Part shown: positions 1 to 10,459 of the stretch, in pieces | How the letters are laid out: each line of letters starts with the position of its first letter | Numbering within the stretch: position 1 is the first letter of the stretch | Source of the DNA: Octopus sinensis | Taxonomy: Eukaryota | Reading direction: 5' to 3' | DNA length: 64,000 bases | NCBI RefSeq assembly: GCF_006345805.1 | Contig: NW_021832869.1 | Coordinates: forward strand, 1-64,000 | The notes under the pieces: generated by a model | Seen by the model: only the letters and a program-made list of their open reading frames with translations | Databases searched by the model: none | Told to the model about the DNA's origin: nothing | Made by a program: the position numbers and the translations under genes

Positions 1-972
1 ACCCTAACCCTACCTAACCCTAACCCTAACCCTACCCTAACCCTAACCCTAACCTAAAACTAAGCCTTTTCCTAACCCTAACCCTAATAACCCTAAAAAC
101 TAACCCTTTTCCTAACCTAACCCTAACCCTAACCTAACCCTAAAATAAGCCTTTTCCAACCCTAACCCTAACCTAACCCTAACCCTAACCCTAAAAAACT
201 AGCCTTTTCCTAACCCTAACCCTAACCTAAAAACTAACCCTTTTCCTAACCCTAACCCTAAAACTAAGCCTTCCCTAACCCTAACCCTAACCCAACCCTA
301 ACCCTAAAACTAGCCTTTTCCTAACCCTAACCCTAAAACTAACCCTACCCTAACCCTAACCCTAACCCTAAAACTAAGCCTAACCCTAACCCTAACCCTA
401 ACCCTAACCCTAACCCTAACCCTAACCCTTTCCTAACCCTAACCCAAAACTAAAACCCTAACCCTACCCTAACCCTAACCCTAAAACTAAGCCTTACCCT
501 AACCCTAACCCTAACCCTAACACTAAAACTAAGCCTTAACCTAACCCTAACCCTAACCCTACCCTAAACTAACCTTACCCTAACCCTAACCCTAACCCTA
601 ACCCTAACCTAACCCTACCCTAACCCTAACCCTAACCCTAACCCTAAAACTAACCTAACCCTAACCCTAACCCTAACCCTAACCCTAACCCTAACCCTAA
701 AACTAAGCCTAACCCTAACCCTAACCCTAACCCTAAAACTAACCTTACCTAACCCTAACCCTAACCCTAACCCTAACCCTAAAACTAAGCCTTACCCTAA
801 CCCTAACCCTAACCCTAACCCTAAAACTAAGCCTTACCCTAACCCTAACCCTAACACTAACCCTAACCCTAACCCTAAAACTAACCCTAACCCAAAAACT
901 AACCCTACAAAAACTAACCTAACCTAAAACTAACCCTAACCCTAAAAACTTAACCCTAACCATAACCTAACC
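1..972. repeat. Telomeric array (CCCTAA)n, i.e. TTAGGG on the minus strand, with variant hexamers
   Basis: Continuous CCCTAA repeats from base 1, with recurrent AACTAA, GCCTTA and CCCTA variants; the C-rich strand at the 5' end fits a left chromosome end. Confidence 0.95.
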
Positions 973-1421
973 TTGGCGTGTGCTACGGTGGATGTCCGTC
1001 TGCCAAGCAGCAACAGCAGCCTCAAGGTTGCGATGTGAGCCCACAGACTAAAGCCCAGTAACGCTGGGTAAAAGCCGAAACCTACATCAGTCGGACCAAA
1101 TGGGCTTTCCCCAGTCCGTCCAAAGTCGATGTCTCTATTTAGACGTCGCCGGCCCCAGCACACTCACATACGCGGAGTCAAACACTAATTAGTGTTATAA
1201 CTCAGAAGTGGTCCGTTCGACTGTCCCCCATAAGAAGGCAGAACCCCACCGTGACAAAGCTTTGTCTCAAAGAGGAGTCCACTCGGATCAGGACTTACAC
1301 AACAGAGATTCCCAACTGGAATTCTTCCGCCGCTGTGTAGGAGCCCTGACCAAACTTGGAGTGGATATGAAATATGCTGCAAGAGCTCCTGATAGAAGGA
1401 GGATTTAGCAACATAGCCACA
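973..1421. other. Unassigned GC-richer segment directly capped by the telomere
   Basis: No long ORF. A minus-frame stretch DFGRTGESPFGPTDVG...WAHIATL weakly resembles the rhabdovirus N core motif G(L/I)SxKSPYSS. Similarity to the LINE tail begins only at ~1422. Confidence 0.25.
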
Positions 1422-1550
1422 ATTAACTCTGGCTCACGACAAATGAATTGGACGCAAAGCTCAGAAGAGTTCAGTTGCCTTGGTATCAGTCTCGTCCTAT
1501 CACCGTCCTTAATTCCTGTACTTTCTCTGTTAATTACAATCTACCTTTAT
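1422..1550 (+). mobile_element. Isolated 3' tail of Jockey/I-like LINE (family A)
   Basis: Matches the reverse complement of ~10490-10625 (attaactctg.ctcacgac...gctcagaagagttcagttgcc...gttaattacaat), the 3' UTR of the LINE at 10460-11310. Confidence 0.75.
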
Positions 1551-1559
1551 TAAAAAAGA

Positions 1560-2530
1560 AAACTAATTAACTAAGTAATTTTGCTAACTAAGTCCAGAGC
1601 CTTCGAAGTTAGCAGAAAGGTGGCACTCCACGCACTCTCCCCTTCTTCTCCTCTTCTCTGGCACTGTAGACCTTCGAGAAGGTGCAGTCCGGCGCCTCTT
1701 GCTGACTAAACGTCAGGAAATGGCTGGATCGGCGAGCATCAAACGAGACACTCTCCAGAGTCCTCTTAAGAACAGTTGACTGTAGAGACTTATCTACATC
1801 CAACTGTCTTAAGTACCGCTTGTGGTATTTGGTGACCAGTCCATCCCATGTCATCACACACGGGATGACATGGACTTTGCACTGGTGCATCAGTCCTAGC
1901 TCGTTTGCAAGGAGGTCATACTTCCTCCTTTTCTCCACTTCCACTATCTTCAAACGGTCTAGGCACGTGATGCCCATCTCCACGTTAACAATCTCCCCGG
2001 TGACTTTATTGTGGACCACAATGTCGGGTCTGTTGTGCTAGACAACAATCGAGGTGCGTATGGGGGTATCCACCTTAATGCACACCCGCGAGTTCTCACA
2101 CACCGATTGAACTCGATGGGTTCGCAACTTTCTGGACCGCCTCAAGCCATACTTATTGCAGAGCAAAAGATGGAGGGACCTCATCATCTCGTTATGCCTC
2201 CATGTGTAATCATGGTAAACCATACTCGCGCATTTTGTGGCTAAATGGTCAACGCTCATCGCCTTACTTTTACAGTGATTATACGGTTTCGTAGACCATT
2301 AAAAAATTTCTATCCTGTAAATATGAGAATAACCCTTCTGATCGGGGAGACTTATTCCCATATTTCAGCCACATTGATGACGACGATACATCAATGTGCG
2401 GATTGTCCAGGCTGCTAAAGAGAGTCTTGTGAAGTACTTTTAAGTTGATCTTTTTAATTAAAGACTCCTTTTGAAGTTTGATCAACTCCTTCACATTAAC
2501 TTAGGTAGCAAACTTACTTGAATTGAACTT
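1560..2530 (-). mobile_element. R4/Dong-like non-LTR retrotransposon 3' fragment (Zn motif plus restriction-like endonuclease), frameshifted
   Basis: ORFs 2279-2494, 2038-2259 and 1609-2019 give LQDRN, DHLATKC, RHNE, VEMGIT, KYDLLANEL and TWDG; paralogous to 22640-23400 and 28950-30480. Confidence 0.75.
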
Positions 2531-2534
2531 GCAA

Positions 2535-2596
2535 AATCAATCAATCAAACAAGTTTATTGTAATTAACAGGGAAAGAGAAAGTGACAGGAATTAAG
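2535..2596 (-). mobile_element. ~60-bp extreme 3' tail of Jockey/I-like LINE (family A) with (TTGA)n end
   Basis: gtttattgtaattaacag.gaaagagaaagtgacaggaatt matches 10484-10523; followed at once by viral L sequence. Confidence 0.75.
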
Positions 2597-4409
2597 TTGT
2601 ACTCATTTGTCGAAGATCTGACTCATTTGTCGAAGATGTGGGACGAAGGCGACACTGATATCTTTAATAAGAATGAGTGGGATCTTGAGAACTACGACAA
2701 CAAAATGACCATCAATTTATCAGAGTTCGATTACGATTTGGAGGGTATAGTAAAAGATGTGTTCGACACCACTGTTGGGTCAAAGGTTCTGAAGGAAAGG
2801 GATTATAATCTCAACTCTCTGATTATTTTAGACCTTTTGACAGGAGATACGAAATCATCGATGTGTATAAATCAGGGTACACGGAGAACGCATTATAACA
2901 GTAGAGGGTTTAATGAGATAATACCATCAAGCTCGATAATCAAGAGTGATAACGTACATAAAGTGATATTTAACAAAATAATATTACATGGACACACAGA
3001 GAGAAGATATAGGGATTATAGCCATAAAGTCAAGAACATAATACAAAGGCCGTTCAATAAGAACCAGAAGTCTTTTGACTTAGTGAAAACATTCTATGAC
3101 AAGACTGTCCAGATGAGTGGAACCTGTGTATATGACGAATATATCAGGAGAGTCAGATCAAAACTGACCAATCTAACCAACAATATAGACTTTGTGATCT
3201 GGTATAAAGACTTGCTTCTTTGGAAATTAATTATTCTCTTGATGAATTCACAAGATAGAGAAGAAGTGACCAACATACTTTCCAATTGTGCATCATTAAA
3301 CTACTTGTTGAAGTAATCTCATACAAGTATAATGACTCAGGCACAATAACGTTAGATGTGAAGGATACAAGAACATACATCATAACCCCGAGTTGTGTTC
3401 TACTCCCATGCTGCCAACTTGTGTTAACCAGATCGCTAGTTCTGATGATAAAGGACATTCTTCAATCTAGAGTTAACACCCTCTTGACATGGGCAATCGA
3501 TAAGGGTCATCGACATGACAAAGGGTTATATCTTGACTTGATTAGGGTGTACAGATATTATGATTACCAGCTTGTAAGAAAAGGCACAGTTGCATATGAT
3601 TGCATCAAGTTGGTTGAGCCTATCTGTCTCTTAAGAGCTATTGTTTTAGCTGAGGTTGGCGACAGATGTAGAAAAGCGACAGATTTTGGTAAATATATTA
3701 AGACGACAATTGAGGAGCTATACAGGACCCTCGACATTGACATGGGTATCTTTAGGGACATGATTGTCAAGAATCAAAATATTTATGATGTTTTGTTCTT
3801 TTATGGAATATGCAGACATTGGGGGCATCCGAAGATAGAGTGGAGGACAGGACTTGACGATCTAAGGAAAAGAACAACAGAAGATATAAAAGTAGACACT
3901 GATTATGTGAACACACTCGCAAGTGATTTTGCAATGAATCTCTTGAGACATTATTATAAGAAGAACAAAAAGTGGCCAGTTGAGATTACAAAGACCTTCC
4001 GGAAGATCATCCTTTCATAGACGAAATAAGAGAAGCGAGCCGTACCCTGTTCAAATAGACAAGTTTGGTCCCAATTGGCACAAGCTCCCCTTTAAGAAGT
4101 TATACGATATCCCAGAGACAATAAAATTATCAGACATATTGGATCATAAGGCGCACTCTTTGACTAGATCTGAATTGAGGAAGTATATTAGACGAGGGTC
4201 AGTAGGGACGAGCGCCAATAGAAGAGTTTTAATCAGCTCGCTGTACACTGAAGAGTTCAAGTGTGGTGAATTCTTAAGAAAAATACAAGAACAGGGGTTG
4301 TCAACAGAAGACTTAATAATAGGGCTTTCGGCAAAAGAACGAGAATTGAAAAGATCTGGAAGATTCTTTGCGTTGATGAGTTACAACATGAGGTTATACT
4401 TTGTAATTG
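2597..4409 (+). pseudogene. Endogenous rhabdovirus-like L polymerase, N-terminal ~600 aa (EVE-1), frameshifted
   Basis: ORFs 2582-3316, 3286-4020 and 3980-4540 carry ERDYNLNS, RHWGHP, FGPNWHKLP, DKAHS-like DHKAHS and KERELKRSGRFFALMSYNMRLYFV, all typical of rhabdovirus L. Confidence 0.93.
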
Positions 4410-4647
4410 ACTTTAGATATGTCCGAGACAACAAAGTTTGGATAAAAGTACATAATTATCAGATCGAGGGCCGGATGGTCAAGCTCATATATAACCGATG
4501 GTCAAACTCATATATAACCTATCGAATTGTGGAGAGTTGACTCGAGTGTTCAACTCAGAATGCTTCTCTAAATTTGTTCAGTCAAAAGTTGCGTTCGCGA
4601 GCAACACAAATCCGATTTTCGACCATGATATTGTAATCTCATTTTGC

Positions 4648-7600
4648 AAGTTGAACGAACGAACAGATTTTATTGACTTAGCAACCGAAAGAGAAGAGTT
4701 ATATGAAAAGGTTTTATTAAAATCGAGACACCGAAAGCCTCCTCCTTGCTTTCCTTTTCACTTCTCATGCCCTTTGCAATGAGCAGAGGACTTGCCGAAT
4801 GTTTTGAGTTTGTTCGTCTAGCTCTCTGGGGAGATCCTGATCAAGCCGTAGCTTATACGCCAGTTTAATCGCAAAGCGCCTTGTTTTCTCCAGTTTGGTG
4901 ATTATGCGATTTCTCTCGTCTGTAGGGTACCAACCTTCATGTCCATAGATAAGTACTGGTTCTACAATCGCCTTATTGTCTCCAGAAGTGGTTCTCTTCC
5001 TTTCCGAGTTTTAGAAATCCACGTGATGGTGGACTTGTCTCGTGCTATAGAGAGGGCTTTCTCCATTGCCCAAGACTCAACCCTCGCTACATATTCCCTC
5101 AGTCTTTTCCAAGAGAGGTCCTTAGATCGCGACAGATCCGTAACCAATATGTCGTCCGCATAGATAATTAGTAGACTCTCCTGATTTACTGGTTTCGGGA
5201 TGTCGGCAACGTATAAGTTGAAAAGTAGAGGGCTCAGGACCGACCCTTGAGGCACTCCCCTCCTTAGATTGATTGTATCCGAGGTCCGGTTACCACATCT
5301 GATAAAAGACTTTCGCATGTGTAAGAAATTCTCTAGCCATTTGACAGTCCTTTGCCCCGGATGGATACTGATGATCCTTTCCAGGAGGCCTAGGTGCCAA
5401 ACGCTGTCGAACGCCTTTGAGATGTCCAGACAAACAGCTGTCATCCCCATCTTGTGTGTAAGGGCCCTCGAGATTTGCGTTTCCAGGTGGGCAAAGCAGT
5501 TTCCACAGGACTTCCCACGTCGGAAACCCCATTGTTCTTTAGCCAGGTAACCTGACTCCTCCACAAGAATAGATAATCTGTTAAAGATTATACGTTCCAT
5601 GATTCTTGATATGGAGCAGATGAGACTTATGGGTCGGAAATTTTCTGCACGGTCTTTAGATTTCCCTGCCTTTGGAATCATTCGTACCACGGTTTTCTTC
5701 CATGCATTCGGGACGTATCCAGTCTCCCAACTGGCATTGAAAAGTATCGTTATTATCTTTACTAGGCTTATCGGGGCCTCTTTGAAAACTCGGATGGGTA
5801 TGTAATCAAAACCCGGTGCGTTGTCCTTGCATCTTTTAATTGCTAGTAGGGTTTCATCGAGGGTGATTGCGTGACAAAGTCGACCAGGGGACATTTTCGC
5901 AGAGGCTATTGCCCTCTTTTTATCGTCCATTATATCTGTCGGGACAAAACAGCTCGGGTCGACATCTTGAATTTTCGCCAGTTGTTGACGTAAAGCGTCA
6001 GGTACATCGTCTCGGTTGATGGCATAGCCATTTTCTGTGGTTAAATTGATTTCATCTCCTTTGCATTCCGTTTCCTTTAGGCGATTATATGCCTTCCAGA
6101 AACTTGGGTGTCTTCGATTAAGCTTAGAACATTCCAATCTCCAAGCTGAGTCAATGTTTTCTTTAGACCTTTTGTCGATCCTCTTTTTAAGAGAGGAAAT
6201 CATTGCTCGTAGGCGTGTGCAGTCTGTTGGGTCAAAACATCTGCGTAGCCTCTTCTGGTATCTTGCCTTTTCTTTCAGGAGACTCACTACTGTGTCGTCG
6301 AGTTCATGAGTCCCTCCACCAGAGTGTTTAATGAACTTTTTCCTGGAAAACTTCTCCAAAGAAGTGTTGATGAGATTCCTAACGAGCTGGTCCAGACTTT
6401 CAATTTGTTTTGTCGTGTGAACTGCTGCCCGATGTATGAGTGACTCTAGCGAGGTTGTCAGGAATAGGGACACAAGGGGCCAATTCGTTTGATTGGTATT
6501 GTATCCAATAAATACTTCATCTTGCAGAACTGAGCTTGCACGTAACACCATTGTTTGAGGAAGGTGATCGCTTCCGATATCAATTTCAATGCGTGGGCGG
6601 TCACAGAGGGGGGCTAAGCAGTCCGCCACGAGAAACACACCAAGTCGATCTTCTCCGTAACATGAAAAGTGATTCGTTTCGTCAGAGGACCAGACCTCAA
6701 AACCGTGTCTCGCCGATAAGGTATGAAGTAACCGTCCGTCACTGTTTGTTGATACGCATCCATATAGCGAGTTCTTTGCGTTTAGGTCTCCGACTAGAAT
6801 CGACTTTCCATTTGCCTTGAAGAAACCTCCAACTAGGTCTGGGTAACTCTTGAGGTCCTTTGAGTACATCCCCCCAATAGTGATCCATCCCAGAGAAGTA
6901 TGGAGCTCGAGAGACAGCATTTCGCATCGACTTTCTTCTATTCTCCTGTGATTTCTTGTTTGAAGGTTTTCTTTATAGTAGATGCACGATCCGGTTCCCG
7001 CATTCGCGAACGGTTTCCAAGCAATACTCAATGACTTGTATCCTTTGATGCTGAAGGATTGGCCTTCCTTCAGTTTCGATTCATTGATAACAAGTATATC
7101 CATGTCTACGGAGCCAATCATGTGGAGTAGCTCCGTAGCCCGTCTCCGAAGAGATCGGGCGTTGATGAGCGTTATAACGCTCATATCTTTCCGTCTGGAT
7201 ACTGGCGGCAGACCTCTCCCTTTAAGAGCGCCACCAGGAGGAGTAAACCCTCTCCCTTCTTTTTTGTCAGCGGCTTTTTGTCCGTAATCATTAATTTGAT
7301 GTCCGACTCCAGCTTCTCAGCGTATGACAGTCCCTCCATTTGCCACGGCATAATAGAAGGGTTCTGCTTCTCTGCTTCCCTTTTTGATGGGACTGTATCT
7401 CTTTTGGGTTTACCGCTTACAGTCTGTAGTGGTTTTCCTTCTTGTTTAGGAATATTGGTAGCCAGTGCGTCTGGTTTTGAAGGCTCGACGACCACACTCA
7501 GTGCTTCTGATTTCGGATGGGGTATTGATCCGACTCCAATAAATTGAGTTTCCTCGCGGAGGTTCCCAGTTTCTTCATCTGTTTGGGTTCCTACGTCGAA

Positions 7601-8290
7601 AGTGTCCTTCTTTTTGTCGACCGTCTTCCACTCTGACGGATGTGGTTTGCTTTTAGGACTGGGTTTTGTTGTCTCTTCTTTCATATGGCAACTGCTGCTG
7701 ATATTGTCTTTGGAATAGACAATTTTTTGTGTCCTAGGCCGGAAGATCTCTTCCTTTGGTGATTTTTGGACTCGTTTGGACATACTTAGTATGACCTTTA
7801 AGGCTTCCTTCACTTTAGGGCAACCTCGAAAGCTTGCCATATGCTCTGTCGATCCAAATTAATACAGATTTTGGAGATTTGCCCTTGATTTGAGCACGAA
7901 GCTCGATCATGATCTTCTCCACAGAGTAAGCACCTTCTTTTTTCTTTGCAGTTTCGGGACAAGTGCCCAAAATTCTGACAGGAATAGCACTGTGGTGCCG
8001 GTTTACGGAACCACTCACAAGATACGGGTGAAAAGCAATTGTGATGCCCATTCTGACCAGAGATGCTGCCTCACCTCGGTTCGGGATTACTACCTTCGCC
8101 ATTGGCAATGGGCGACCATTTTTTGAGAAACATTCTACTTTGAATCCGGGCGACAGTATAGACTGAAGATAGTCTTCGAGTTCTGGAGTGCCAACCCAAT
8201 ACGGTAGGTTCCTTAGGACGACCTCTGATGGGCTGAGGGATGCTTCCTTCCTGAATTTTCATCTTAATGAGTTATCAGATACCAATATTC
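4648..8290 (-). mobile_element. Jockey/I-like LINE (family C), 5'-truncated; Gag-like ORF1 with CCHC knuckles plus APE-RT ORF2
   Basis: ORF1 remnant QCYSCQNFGHLSRNC..CLLCGEDH; ORF2 4962-7184; C-terminal KAIVEPVLIYG after a deletion near 4980; AATAAA plus (TTCG)n tail near 4650. Confidence 0.9.
4962..7184 (-). CDS. LINE ORF2: AP endonuclease plus reverse transcriptase (C-terminus deleted/frameshifted)
   Basis: APE motifs INARS, NESK, GDLNAK, GSDHLP; RT motifs RPISL, QWGFR, LDISKAFDSV, GVPQGSVLSP, YADD. Confidence 0.92.
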   Translation of the reverse strand: MSVITLINARSLRRRATELLHMIGSVDMDILVINESKLKEGQSFSIKGYKSLSIAWKPFANAGTGSCIYYKENLQTRNHRRIEESRCEMLSLELHTSLGWITIGGMYSKDLKSYPDLVGGFFKANGKSILVGDLNAKNSLYGCVSTNSDGRLLHTLSARHGFEVWSSDETNHFSCYGEDRLGVFLVADCLAPLCDRPRIEIDIGSDHLPQTMVLRASSVLQDEVFIGYNTNQTNWPLVSLFLTTSLESLIHRAAVHTTKQIESLDQLVRNLINTSLEKFSRKKFIKHSGGGTHELDDTVVSLLKEKARYQKRLRRCFDPTDCTRLRAMISSLKKRIDKRSKENIDSAWRLECSKLNRRHPSFWKAYNRLKETECKGDEINLTTENGYAINRDDVPDALRQQLAKIQDVDPSCFVPTDIMDDKKRAIASAKMSPGRLCHAITLDETLLAIKRCKDNAPGFDYIPIRVFKEAPISLVKIITILFNASWETGYVPNAWKKTVVRMIPKAGKSKDRAENFRPISLICSISRIMERIIFNRLSILVEESGYLAKEQWGFRRGKSCGNCFAHLETQISRALTHKMGMTAVCLDISKAFDSVWHLGLLERIISIHPGQRTVKWLENFLHMRKSFIRCGNRTSDTINLRRGVPQGSVLSPLLFNLYVADIPKPVNQESLLIIYADDILVTDLSRSKDLSWKRLREYVARVESWAMEKALSIARDKSTITWISKTRKGREPLLETIRRL

Positions 8291-9142
8291 ATGCTGTGTG
8301 GCACAGCTGCAGAGCGTAAGCAGGCGAGGCGGTGCTGGTCGAGCCTCATTGCCAGGTTGTCTGCAGTGAATTCGCAGCGTAATTTGTCCCAGCTCTGTTG
8401 GAGTGATGTTTGGATCGGGAATTTTAATCCTGATTCCTTCCACAGCATACATCCATCTTCAAAAGGCCTGTCCAAAGAAGATTCGGGGGATTTATGTAGA
8501 ATCTCCAAGGATAGCCTTCGGCAGGATGAGTGAGAGGACAGGAAAGCTGGGAGGGCAAGGTCCAGGGCGGATCTTAGGCCAGCTCCGCCAGAATTAAGAG
8601 GTAGTTTACACTGGGTCCACCCATCATTATCGAAACGGACATTTAGGATCCACTCGGCACACAATCTTAACGTATCATCGATAGAATGCAATATTTCATC
8701 TTGTATAAAGCAGGGCGAGCATCTCAATAAATATAACAGTTTGGGCACGTGGATGCAATTTTTGAGGAGGAAAAAGGCCGTGTGGGAGTCGAGTAGAGAG
8801 AGGCGTTCAGTAAAACGGGACATTTCGACACTCTTAGCAGATGCTGCAGAGCAAAGAAAAATTGCCAAATACGCAAATCTTGGACAACGGTACCGCTTCG
8901 TACCTATGGCTGTGGAGACTTCTGGGGTAACCGGCCCTCTTACGACTTCTTTCATCAGAGAAGTCGGAGGAAAAGTTGCTAGGCGACGTGGGGAGCCTCG
9001 AGAAGTGTCATGGTTATTCCAACAAATTGGAATAGCTGTCGTTCGCGGCAATGCTCACTCCATCATGCGTGCAACCGCAAGTGCCTTTTAATCATTGACT
9101 AACTTATTTCAATTATAACGATTTTGCATGCAAAAAAAAAAA
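8291..9142. mobile_element. CRE-like non-LTR element with internal inversion (internal part minus 8291-8820; 3' end plus 8821-9142 with poly(A))
   Basis: Minus: LLKNC..PKLLYLLRCSP...LPLNSGGAGLRS..DLALPAFLSS. Plus: AEQRKIAKY..FVPMAVETSG...LFQQIGIAVVRGNA; A15 at ~9132-9146. Confidence 0.85.
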
Positions 9143-9695
9143 AAAATATTCATGCTTACTTTCCTGTCATCATATGCCTCAAAGATGATTTTGCTCCCCT
9201 ATGTTGAAAAGAAGAAATGGTCAAGAATATCTGTAAATGACATTCGATGTAGAGCCACAACCCATCTGGGGTTTGGCACTGCACCAGTTGAATACTCATA
9301 CCTTGAAGGTCATGTCTCGGACATGTACTCTCACGGGCACTTGGTCATGAAGTACCAGACATCAACCTCATGTAATATGAGGATTTGGTTCTGGCAGACC
9401 TATACGTGTGCCCATAACCGAGTTCAGTTAGCGCCGACAAAAGACGAAGCTATCAATGCAGTCAATGAATACAGGGCAGGCAACGTTGACATGTACAAGA
9501 GCAATCCCGATTACCCAGATGATGTATCTAGGTTTTTCGTGGATGTTACGAACTACATGGAATCATTGTCCGTGTCTGTCACAAACTACATCATCGACCC
9601 ATTAACATACATGCCAATTAATTCCGTATTTGATGGAGGGATTTGTTTCGAACAATTTTGCAAAGTTCTGGAGGGAAAAAATTTATATAATAAAA
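9143..9695 (+). pseudogene. Endogenous rhabdovirus-like glycoprotein G, N-terminal fragment (EVE-G)
   Basis: Signal-like IFMLTFLSSYAS; ILLPYVEKKKWSRISVNDIRC parallels VSV G IVFPHNQKGNWKNVPSNYHYC; YIIDPLTYMPINSVFDGGICFEQFC parallels VLVDEYTGEWVDSQFINGKCSNYIC. Confidence 0.8.
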
Positions 9696-9832
9696 GTATC
9701 ATTCCGAATTTTGTGAGTAATCCAAAAATTATCATTCCCAAAATTTTTAGGGCTAGGGTTAGTATGTGGTATATAAAACCACATATATGTGTATATGTGT
9801 GTATACAGTCTCTTGTTCTTTACAATAAAAAA

Positions 9833-10330
9833 TTCAGTTAAAAAAGTCTAGAAAAAATATAACAATAATGATTAAAATTGGTAGAAATTGACATTTTTAG
9901 ATTTAGGGCGCTAAAATATAAGATCGCCAATCCGGGAACAAATAAATAAAATTTGCCATAAGAATATAAAGAATAGAACTTTCTATCAAAAATAAGGTGA
10001 ATTCAATGAATAAAGATAATGAGATAATTTAATAGCGATATAAACAGATTGAAAGAATAAACTCGCAATATTACGAATGATGAATTTCAGATATTTATTA
10101 ATAAAAGAAACTACATCGCAAATATTCCTTCTAATCCAATTAAATAAAAATATAAAGATTGACCAAATATGTAACAGGACACAAGGTATGTCAAAAGAGT
10201 GGTCACATGTTCCAATTTATTAGGTTTTCTATTAATAATTGGGTAACAAAAATTAAGATAATTTTAATTAAAACACATTCTACCTAGTACTTATAAACAG
10301 TGTAAATACCAGAGGGGATATCTCAATGAT
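9833..10330 (+). repeat. ~500-bp AT-rich segment duplicated at ~20765-21295
   Basis: Collinear match (gttcagtt..aaagtctagaa ... gatatctcaatgatgg); the second copy has many homopolymer insertions. Confidence 0.85.
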
Positions 10331-10341
10331 GGCAAAGGTTA

Positions 10342-10438
10342 AACAGACTTGCGAGCAGATTTGCAGATTCGAGCAGATTGTTTCCTTGGAACTTTTGCTC
10401 CAGTAGATTTTTCGAGTAGTTTGTTTAGTTATAGCCAT
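10342..10438 (-). pseudogene. Histone H3 5' fragment (~30 codons)
   Basis: With one frameshift reads MAITKQTTRKSTGAKVPRKQ...KSARKS, versus H3 [29 protein letters not shown]. Confidence 0.75.
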
Positions 10439-10459
10439 ATTTTTTTTATTTCATACAGA

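Noticed and set aside
2497-2525. Inverted similarity to the R4 3' tail at ~1570-1592, suggesting terminal inverted repeats
   Set aside because: Short and AT-rich, and the sequence reads as R4 coding (SSKFA, matching SSKYA in the 29-kb copy).
5269-6927. Many short ORFs antisense or out of frame to LINE ORF2 (likewise at 33-37 kb and 62-64 kb)
   Set aside because: Shadow ORFs of GC-richer TE coding sequence.
9747-9762. Interstitial telomeric remnant TTAGGGCTAGGGTTAG
   Set aside because: Under three units; cannot be told from chance.
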